A stretch of 64,000 bases of DNA from NCBI GenBank assembly GCA_027604505.1, contig JADIIX010000069.1:1-64000 (forward strand), in the 5' to 3' direction. Every line of letters starts with the position of its first letter. Position 1 is the stretch's first letter. This DNA comes from Gonapodya sp. JEL0774. Taxonomy: Eukaryota. The position numbers and the translations under genes were made by a program. Below the pieces are notes generated by a model, which did not search any database, was not told where the DNA came from, and saw only the letters and a list, made by a program, of their open reading frames with translations. Shown piece by piece: positions 12,536 to 23,105 of the stretch.

Positions 12536-14769
12536 ATGGCCAGCATTTTCCGCAAACTGGGAGAAATCGAACGCTCCATTCCTTTCACGGTAGCAGCGGC
12601 GTGCATTATCGGGTTTGAGACCTTGGGACAGCGACAGGCGAATGGGGTCTTTCAAGTTCCGATTCAGCAATCGTTAGGATATGGGAGAACTGTGTTCTCG
12701 GTGAGAGCAAATAATATCGTAATCTCATTCAAGGGAGCTCATTTTCTTCACAACGGTCTTCTCGATATATATTCTGTCTTGGCAGTTGTCGATTGCGATA
12801 GTTCTCCTCCTCATGGGGTTGCTCGCACCTTGTTTCTCCATAATCATAGAGAAATTTGGGAGACCTGGAGTTGTTTTTGTGTTCTGTACTTTCTCCTATT
12901 GCATTGGGACTTTGGTGAGAAGGAGGAAGGGGCAAAATGCATAATCCGAACGAGTATCAGATACCTTCACTTCCCGCTGTCAGATATTCAGCTTGGCATT
13001 CGAAATCAACAATCCGGGACTCTGGGTAGCTGGTATTTCCTTGTTCACGGGTGTCGGAAGTGAGTCTTCACGGTACTGTGGTATGTCCCGATTTACCTAA
13101 CCTGCCTCTGTATTCGTTAGTGGCGGGCACTGGCTTCCCCGTAATGCTGGGTGAAGTCGGCAGGATGTTTCCGGGGAGCGATCCCCGCTCTTTGAGCAGG
13201 AGAGCGCTCTTGTTCGGAATCGTTCCCTCGGTGGCTCAAACCGGCCAGGTGAGATTCATGATTCTCCCCCACCGTACCCCCACCAACCGAGGACGACGTG
13301 TTTGTTTAAATGTTGAGCCGCCCTATTAGTTCGTCTTCGCTCCCCTCGCTCGCTCCCTCAATTCCTCTCTGGGGTGGAGTGTCACAGCCCGCATATTCTT
13401 CTACCAATCGTGCATCATCCTCCCGCTCGCCTTTGTTTTGCGCCGCAAATCAGGCGCAACGAGCACAGCAGCTAGCGCACAGCGTCAGGCAGACAACGAG
13501 GGCAAAGCAGCGGAGGACGAAAAAGCGCTCAAGAAGGAGAGTACGGCGGCTGGTACCGAAGTCGTCACAAAAACCACTGTGCGGGTGCCCGAACCTCCCA
13601 CCGTAGGGCTGGCCATTAAGGAAGGTGAGACTTTCCGCCGATTATTTATCGATGGAGAAAGTTGTCCACTCTTTCCCCGCCCTTCAGCTTTTTCATTTAG
13701 CCCGTTTCTGCTCATCAGCGCCGCGTACTTTGTCTGCGGCTGGCACGTCGGTTTCGTTGGCGCACGTGAGTCTCGGAAAAATTTGCTGTTTTTCCTTGAT
13801 TCTCATCGTCGTGATGTCACATGCCGCTATCATATCCACCTGACATTCAGACATCGCTCCGTACCTCCAGGTGAGCTCCTCGCACCCGTTCTGCGGAAGA
13901 AATCAACGTAAACTCACTTTCGTATCCTCAGGACCAAGGCCTTTCCGCAGACATCGCAGCCTGGGCTCTCTCCACCATCGGCATGGGAAGTGCCGTCGGG
14001 ACGTTTTTGGCCGGATTCGTCCCATCTCGTGTCAAATGGGTCAACGTCAAGTGGCTTTTGGCGTACATTTACTTCATGCGTAGCATCCTGTTGCTCTTGT
14101 TCCTCGTCATCCCCACGAACGTGCCCTTCACCATGATTTTTGCCGCGCTTTTTGGTGTGCACTGGCTCTCGACGGTTCCCCCAACGAGTGAGTTGACGTA
14201 TTTTCGCATTGTTCCATTGTTCGATTGATGGATTTCACAAGTGATGTCCGAAATGACCAATGTTCTCGGCGAATTTTCTCAACAGCGGCGCTGCTCGCAA
14301 ACTACTTGGGGACAAAAGTGAGTCGCAGATAATTCTATTTATATCTCTGGACCGTTTTTCTGACGCTTCCGTTTGAACATAGTGGCTTGGTACAATATCC
14401 GGCTGTGCGTATTGTGGGGTGGACCCGGACTCGTGAAGCTCCGAGTTAATAATGTTCCATTCATTCTGCACCAAGTCGCGTTTGCGCTCCACCAAACCGG
14501 CTCGTTCCTTGGCGTCTACCTTGGTGCACTCGAGTATGACACCACGAAGAGCTATGCGATCTGCTGGTGGATCAGCTTTGGGCTGGCGGTGAGTGGCAGG
14601 CGGAACTGGTGGCTTGTAGATGGAACCCTGCGCTGACCGCAACCCGTGGTTTTCTCAGTTGTTCGCCGGTGTCTGTGTTGCGTTCTCCCACCAGCGCAGT
14701 CTTCGTGTAAAGATTGCTACCGACGAAGCGTACGTAAAGTTAACAGGTAGTACAGAGACCGCTGTATGA
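12536..14769 (+). CDS. Major facilitator superfamily transporter (bacterial YbfB/OFA-like type)
   Basis: Motifs LGQRQANGVFQVPIQQSLGYGRTVFS, FLLISAAYFVCGWHVGFVG, YLQDQGLS, WLSTVPPT and HQTGSFLGVYLGALEYDTTKSYAICWWISFGL, across multiple short exons. TGA at 14767-14769. Confidence 0.88.
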
Positions 14770-14941
14770 CCTGCAGTTTTGGTTATGTATAAAGTTTTGC
14801 GAGCAACACCGCCTGCCAGCTTATTTTATATAATGATGAACTATGTAATAAAGGAATGTGGTACAGTTGTCGCAGCATTGACCCATGCTTTCATATTACA
14901 AAGTGTGCGTAAATTATTATACTAACACAAGAAGTCCACAA

Positions 14942-17227
14942 TCAAAAGTTCGATCGATTGAGAACAGAAGGCGCAGCCTTGACAGAACTTTTGGTCGATC
15001 CCTTTTTGGAGTTCCTCCAAGACCCAAACGTCACCATTTTGTCGTCCGAGATCTTGACGAACCCTCCAACAGCATCCCTCTTTGATGTTGATAGTTCGTT
15101 CTCCTCCATTTGGCTGGCGCCACGACGGAGCCTCCAAGAGTTGAATCCTCCCGCGCGGGTGAAGGATCCCATGGGACCTGTGGACTTGTAGCTCAATTCT
15201 GACATGCGCCTCAAACGGTGGCGGCACAGAACGAGTGTGAACAGTACGAGGACGAGGACACTGTGACGTGAATGATAAAATGATGAGACACTTGATTTCG
15301 ACGTGAAATCATGTTCGAACCCTTGCTCACCCTCCAACGACGGCCACTGCGATTGCCCAGGCAGGAACACCGCCCTTACCAAAGAGTCCGCCGACACCAT
15401 CTGAAACGCTGTCTCCAGCATCCAACTGGTCCGCTTTCAAAGTTGAGGGCACCGTCACTGAGATCTGCGCTATCATTGGCCCCACTTCGTCAGTAACGAG
15501 TATGACGGAAGGAGTGGTTACAACTGTCGTGACAACTTTGTTGTTTGTCGTGGCGCTCGTCATGGCAGCGGTACCCCCCTGCGGCAGAATGATGGTGCCC
15601 TTGGTATACCGGAATGTTGGCAGAACGTTGAACGAGACAGTCTTCCCGGCATCCGCGAGTACTATCATTCCATCATTGAGAGTAGTTCCCCCGAAACTCT
15701 GCAAGTAAATCGTCAACTGAGTATTGTTCTGACCCACGACGGGGGGATCCTGAGCAACGTTTGCGAGGAGACCAGATCGACTTCGGATGCCCGATTCCAC
15801 CAAGTCCCATCGTGTCATTTCAGGAACTCGAACAGCGGTGAGCTGCCACAAAACAGGCAGCGCATCAGATGTTGTGGGTGCTACACCCTGAAGGGTGGCT
15901 ACATACGACGACAGTTCATGATAGTTGTACTGTGATTTCGGTGTGCTGATGCGAGAGTTCGTGGTACTGTTGGTCCCGTAGTAAGTGAGCGCAGAGTGGC
16001 CACAAAAGCTGATTGGTGGGCTGATGTTGATCGAGACGGCAATTGTGTGTCCTACATAATCCGCAGCGGTGTACCCAATGGCTCCAGCCATCAGATTGCT
16101 TGCGAAGTCCATCTCAAAAGTCCCTTGCAATTGGCAAATGGCTTTGGGAACTAAAGTAGTCACCGTCCTTCTGACCGTGCACAGAGTTGAGACAGTAGGG
16201 TCGAACAACCCACAGTCTACCTCTCTAACTGAAGGGTGGATGACATCATCGGTCCATCCTTGGGGAGTGAACATCCCAGTGAAGCTGTAATTGAGGGGGT
16301 AGTGTTCTACGAGCTCATATGTGAAACTGACTCGAACGCGGTTTTCGACGAATCCCGAAGAATTGACTATTTGGACGGCGGAGAGCGCGGTAGAGGTCAG
16401 CGTGAAGGAATTTGGAGCGTACGAGACGGTTTGGGTAGTCGACAACTTCATGGTCACGGGCACGCCTACCACTGTGAGTTCGGCAAAAGGTGATTATATT
16501 CGAGGTAAATGCAATTCCATGCGCATGAATAACAACATACCTCCACCCGGGCTTCCCGCATCCTCCCAGTATAAGTACAAAATTGTTGAGGCCACCTGGT
16601 CAACGTCAATCGCCCAGCCACAGCCCGAAAGAGAGCTCCAGCTTCCCTTCAAGATGTAGTATTGGCCACACGTTTGGGTGTCGACGTACACCGATGTCGA
16701 AACACAGGAGGGGTTGGCTGGAGAACCGAAGGCATGAGCAACGGCTGCCAATCAATAGAATGGCACAAGCACGCTCACTATTAGTACCCAGAACAATTGC
16801 GTATCGTCTACGAAACCAAGAATTTCAGCCCGAAACCAAAATTGGAAAAGCCTGTGGAGACCACATACCGCTCGTTGATAAGATCCGCATCAATCAGAAA
16901 CTCCATGTCCTCCATTGCCAGTTTCATTCCAGCGATGCCCGCGTGGGCATCTGTGTGGGTTGTCGAGGTTTGAGTTACATGTTTCAATACTGTGCATCCG
17001 CTGTTCTCTGCATCGTTGAAATTTGGCGCCAGACCAGCCACCTGAGGCCTCCCCCCCGGTATTACATCTGCACTCAATGTTGCTGAGAACGATTGAGCTG
17101 TAGTTCCCGTGAAGAGAGCGAGGAAAAGGAAGGTGGCGGCGATTCGACGCCAGACCTGCTGGCGTGGACTCTCAGAGTCGGTGGATGCCGGCGAGCGCCG
17201 TCCTCCTCTTCGTGAGCTCATCCGCAT
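14942..17227 (-). CDS. Type I membrane protein with a Thr/Ser/Val-rich, Cys-containing ectodomain; unknown family
   Basis: Signal-like segment IAATFLFLALFTGTTAQ and ectodomain exons including ORF 15327-16472. The TM helix VPAWAIAVAVVGG|VLVLVLFTLVLC is split by an intron and followed by basic RHRLRR and a short tail ending at 14942. Confidence 0.75.
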
Positions 17228-17441
17228 GGACAACTGGCAGAATTCGAGTTGGCTTTTAACGTTGGCTTTTAACTTCGGATTGGAGTCCCTCGACTTCTGG
17301 CTGCACAACAAAGGCCAAAAGGAGAGGAGGGTCCTCTTACCTCAATCTATGAACACAAATGAATCAAACCCTTCATCTTTCTCGTTTTGTTTTTGTTTCC
17401 ACAAGTCGAATAAAAATCTTGGCCAGGTTTTTCCCTGGCGT

Positions 17442-20016
17442 TCAGAGTTCACATTCGACATTAGATATTCGCGACGTCACATTATTCAAGTTCGCGGTTA
17501 CCACCACAATGAGCTTTTCCCACCCATTCTGCGCCCGCTCCAAGTCTGTGTATGCCCACAAATCCATACTGGTGACTCCCCGTAAGTAAAACGACCCTAT
17601 TGTACCGTTTGACCGAACGTTAACATGCACGAGGTAGTTCACGTCGTCCCACATATTGGAAGGTATGTTGTAAGGAGGATCCCAAGTAATTCGGACATGC
17701 TCAGTTGGTAAGTCTTCCAGTTGCGTGGGATACAGGCATGTCAAGTGTGTCGGTGCTGACAGGGTTATATCAAAGTTGTGTGGAACCCGCCGGGCCAATT
17801 TCGACTGCCGCTCCCGCAATCCGATCTCCGCTTGCTCAATTATCTCCGACACTGTAACTGTGGTGTCTTGATAGATATGATACAGCCAAGATGGATCCAT
17901 GCAACAAATGTGCGGCTGAATCGGTGATGTGAGAATCTGTTGGCGTTGTGCTTGTGGAAGATGATTAATTCCACCATGAGAAGCAAGTCGGTCTGGGTGT
18001 CCCACAGTGCAATTGGAGTGGCGGTTCTGTAGAAATTGAACCATGATTCTCGAAGCTCTCCACCAATTGCACCAGGTGCAGTGGCGATGAATTGGAATGA
18101 ACTCACTTCCCAGAATTTGTATATCATATCTACTCCTCTGAGTTCCGCCAATGCTTTGTATGGCGAGATCATCTCACTTCGAACACCATATGGAAACATT
18201 TCTATGACTACGCTGAGTGGTTGAGCAAACATGGACATTGCCTGAAAAATGACACAGCGGTGTGTGTTCGCTTTGCGAGAAACAAATGCGAGCCAGAGCT
18301 CACCAACCCAGCTCCGTGCATTCCAAGCACGATTGTCGCCCTTCTCATGATTTTGACAATCTCTTCGAAAGAATGATCTTCAGAGTAGAGACGAAATACC
18401 GGAATGTCAAAATGTTTGAACAGCGCCTCCATGACCTCATCCTCATTCAGAATCAAACGATTCGCGCGGCGACATATCAAGACAATGAAAGGTCCATCAG
18501 TTGAATTCAAGCAATATCCTGGCTTGTTCTGTTCGGGTTCAACTTGGTTCGATATCCAATCTGCAACTTCTTTGACTCGGAATCCGACTTCATCCTCCTC
18601 CCAACCCGGTATCGCGTAGTCAGTTTGTGTAGCTTGACTACCTGCAATGTCCGCGAATAAATCTTCCGTCTGCCATTCGATGCCGTCCCCTTTCGCTGCT
18701 CTCCCTATGGGACCTTGTGGTCTCCAAAAGCCATACTGATACCAAGTCCCTTCTTTGCTGATGCCCACCACCGCGTCAACAAACAATGTTATATCGTGTT
18801 GCGCGTTTGAACGCAGATCTTCGGTCGCGGTCCAGGGTTCGTGATATGTGAAGAACCTGCGCCAGATGGACGAATAAGGGCCCGCAGCTGGCCAAGGGTC
18901 GAGAAATACGAGGTGAACGTCTCTCGAAAATGGCTGATGATGATCAGTTGATGCCGGTCCAAACTGTTTCAAAGTGTGGTAGAGAGCTATAATGTCATCA
19001 TGGAGAACATGCATGACTGGAATAAAAGCTTTGATCAATTAGGAGAGAAACGATTTAAAGATCGTCTCGTGCAATCTTACCATTGCCAGGGTTGAATCGT
19101 GCAAAAATAGCTGTTGTCACTCCAACCACCCTTACCTGTTAAAGTCGGAACACTTGGAATCAGGTTTTTCTCAAGTGACGGAAACTTTCTGATCTACGCC
19201 TCCACGCAAATCACCTCTGGAACTTCCTCAAAAATGTTGTCTTCAACCTCGTCCCAGTCCCACCAGAACTGCTTGTGGTATGCAACACTACTCAGCTCAA
19301 TAGCAGCTGATCGGGGCGAGGTTTTAGGTACGTTCTTCCTCGTTGAATCCCTCCCCAACACTGTAAACCATGCATCACGACTTGACGAATAGTACAAATT
19401 TCGAAAGCGGCAAATGCGAGACTGGAGTGCGGTTAATGGAGTGGAGGAAGGGTCCGAGTAGCACCATACAGATGAAGGGGGAAGGCGGGAGAAGTGCCGC
19501 ACTGTGACACGAAGTCCAGCAGTCTCAACTTCCAAAGGCAATTCCATGTTGGTAGGAGAAGCCTGCCCAGAGCTGGCAAAGCGTTTGCAAATTACGTTGA
19601 GTTCACCACGAAATGGAGAATGATGTCACCCATTGCACAGCACAACACACCTTTTCGGCTCATCATCCGCGCCGCAAAACATATCTCCTGTATCTGAGGC
19701 CATAGAAAATCCATTTAGTAACGATCTAGAGACATGTCAGTTCGTGGTAAAACGATGCGAACGGGCAACGACGGCTCAACTCTTCGGAACGTCGCGCAGA
19801 GGGTGACAAGTGGTTTTCCGAGATTTCCACACTCGCATTCCCATCTCGTAGCCGTAACAGCTTCGTTGAAGCAAATAGGAAAGCGAGGAAGCCAAGGATG
19901 ACCCAGAATTGAAGTGAGCGTATTGGAAACTTCGTCGTTTGCGACTTGGTGCAGTCTTCTACATCGCCAACTGTCGATGACGGACTATTGAGACGCTTTC
20001 GAGCTCGTAGCAGCAT
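17442..20016 (-). CDS. POMGNT2: GT61 glycosyltransferase, POMGNT2/GTDC2-like, with C-terminal FN3-like domain
   Basis: N-terminal type II anchor (FWVILGFLAFLFAS). Motifs RICRFRNLYY, MHVLHDDIIALYHTLKQF, RLILNEDE, LGMHGAGL, VVIEMFPYG, HPDRLASHGGINHL, HICCMDPSWLYHIYQDTTV and VRITWDPPYN parallel animal POMGNT2 in the same order. Confidence 0.85.
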
Positions 20017-20113
20017 TTTAGAGCCTCTTCTGAAAAAATAGAAGTTTTTCGGTACTTGGTTAGTGCGCAGCTCTTTGGTTGCTTCACAACACCTGAACCA
20101 ACGAAAAACACCG

Positions 20114-22910
20114 ATGCGGACGACGCTGACGATAGAAAACCTCGCACGACTTACAAAACACTACCAAGACACCGAGTACGATCGTGATGCCTTCATATCC
20201 TCCTACATCGACCAACAGAGCTCCTTGGTCAGCAGCGCCAACGCCGGCAGACCCCACCATCGGGAGGTTGCAGGCGCTAGCCAACGACCGGATGTGCGCC
20301 TGGAGACTACGGCACACGATGCCGATGGGCGGAAAGAGGAAGGACGCCTGTCTGACGTGCCACTTCAGACTGGGAGTGGACGAAAGCGGAAGAGAATCAT
20401 CGACGGTCTGCGATTGAGGGATGGATCATCGCCAAGGGCCCAGCCGTGAGTTGCCAAAAGTAATGTATCTTATTTGAGCGTCTATTTTTTGCCTGACTTG
20501 TCGCGCGCGCATTAGCTCCAAGACTCCACGAGCCTCTGCTTCTCGCCGCTCTCCCTATGCCACCAATCTCCACAACCCCACTGAGAATAAACCTATTCCC
20601 ATCGACGTTGTTTCCTCTCGCACTGAGGAGCCCTGCCCGAAGAAGAAGCGGCATTCGACTATCACGGAAACCGAACATGAGCGGCCAATAGCTACCAAGC
20701 CTTTTCCGGCTGTGAGCCTAGCGTTCGCAAGAAGGGACCAAGAACGAGCTAGGAGCGTGGATGAGGAGCAGGATGTGGTAGGAAACGGCCGGGCTACTCG
20801 GGCTCGAACGACGAGTCAAAAGCGTCGCAAGCCCAGCGAAAGTTCGGGAGGTGGTGGCAAGCCTATCTCTCCGCAGCGAGGGAAATCGGACGAAAGCCAC
20901 CGATTACGTGCGTCCAATGCTCGTTCCAAGTTTATTTCTCAAACGGAGAGACTTACGGTTAGTTTTGTGATGTGCTCCGGGCGTAACCTCCGTTAACGAA
21001 CCCGAAAATTGCAACAGGTCTCAGGGGAACTTCTTAAAAGGGTCGGGCTTTTCAATAAAGGTGCACGGTCCGCTAAATTGAGCAAGCCTCGAACCAGTAA
21101 GTCTTGTTGGGTTCAGTCAACAAGCACTTTGCTTACCTATGTGTTCCAGCTCGAAACCTATATGTGTTCGACGAACACCGCTTTTTGGAAGATCCCGAAT
21201 CTCCGGAATCATCGCACGTCAAAACCACCACGTTTGCACACAATGCGACGGCGAATTCGACTTCACAACGTCCAAGATCTGAAGACCCACCCCCAACTCC
21301 AGAATCAGTAAAAGCCTCACCAACTCGACGGGCGTCACCTGTCGCCTCCAGAGAACGCTCGCCTGACTCGGTCGTTCACATGGGGGATGTTCTGCTTAAA
21401 GACAGAAAAGTTGCTTACCTGGACGGAAATGAAGCTGGGAAAGAGCTACAAAAGGTTTTTACGCGAATGGCACGGAAAAAAGAGAAGGATAAGGGTGGAG
21501 GAAAACAGCAGCATGAGATCAGCAAGTACTTTGCAAGACAGGCAGATAAGAGCCTAGGACGGGAGAAAAATGCCGACCAGACGGAGAGTGAAGACAACAA
21601 GGAGAACAGAGAGCAACATGAGCCCCCAAGAAAAAACGATTGCGGTGTCAAGCCTGAGATTTCCCAGTCAGGAACCAGTACAAAGGTTGGGGAGGCGAAG
21701 AAGTTGCCACTAAAACCTAAAAATACCGGTGACGCTTCGGGAAGGAGAACTGATAAATCTACGGACGTATCTATGGAAGCTACTCTGCCTAAGCAACGGT
21801 CCAAGTCCGCAGACGCAGTCCGGGCGCCTCAAATCTCGAAGTTGAACCGAATCGGCAACTCTGCAGGCGCTAAAAGTACGACACTAGAATGTGGTCGGAT
21901 GGACAAACCCACTAAGTCCATTTTAAAGGTGAAAGCACAATCCGCCCCTGGTGCAAAAGGTGCAAATATCGACCTCGAAACCGAAAGGGATATGGCCGAT
22001 TCGAAGGTGACTAAGAGAATTAATCTCAATTACTCCTGCCATTACATTATTTGATAACGGCACTTCAATAGGAAAACTCATTTTGGGCATCTGAATACCA
22101 CGAAAACTTTGACGCAAATGTCAACATCGGTGCCCAAAAAAACCCAATCGCTACCGAGGAAGATGAACTGATGCTTGAGCTTTCCCGGACCGATGCACTC
22201 CTCAGAGAGGTCACAGAAGCCACGATGGAGCGTCTGCACGCGGGGTGAGTGGAGCTGAGGACCCTGACTTGGCCTGCGTGACATGTTAATGCAATCCCCA
22301 CAGTACAAATAGTGTGGTGAATGAGTATCGCCTAGGAAACTCTGCCGTTGGAGCGTTAGACAACAACTGTGATTTTACCGCCGCCAATCCGAATTCTTCC
22401 TTTCCGCAAATACAAGGGATAGGCGGTGCGATGGCGCTTGGGCATGACAATCCAGATGTTGATATGAGTGGAAAGCACTACGCGATTGACGTCGCCGGAC
22501 CTTTCCAAGGGGACCAGTATTGCCCTCAACAGACCATCACCACATCGTGGACAGATAACTATCACGCCCCGCAACAACAAGACCAAGCAGACGTGGCCTT
22601 TCTCCGCGAGCCCAACCTCCAAGAAGAGTTTTCCTACCGTCTCCCCAACCCGTTTTCGGATACCTTGCTCCACCCAGCCGCAATAATTCCCGAGGAAACA
22701 CCTCTCGCGGAGCTCATGGGACTGAATCGTGTTCACGATGATGTACAACGAACTCTTGATCAACTGCCGTGGAAACAGAGTGGAGGGAGAAGTGCAACGG
22801 GTGGCTCTTCAGGGGCCAGCTCCGCGAGACGACGATGGGTGGGCTCATCTGACAATGTTCGCGTGGGTGGCGTTGGGGAGATGCCGTTTTCTATGCCTAG
22901 AAGGCTTTGA
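20114..22910 (+). CDS. Hypothetical, largely disordered, basic protein (possibly nuclear)
   Basis: ATG at 20114, with long exons 20114-~20445, 21104-~22005 and ~22310-22910 separated by GT-AG introns. NLS-like RKRKR. One ordered-looking patch, RVGLFNKGARS...YVFDEHRFL. Confidence 0.65.
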
Positions 22911-23105
22911 CGTTTTTGGGCGACTGGGAAGTTATTTTCGGTTTATTTGTTTTTACATAATTTCTGATGTCGGTACCATTTCCTCATCGTAATTGTATTT
23001 ACGTTACTTTTTGTTGAATGATGATTGCTTATGAACCCGTGCCGTACGAGAAATACAAATGGATACAAATAGCTTTGGACTTGTTACATACATTTACCAT
23101 CACAG

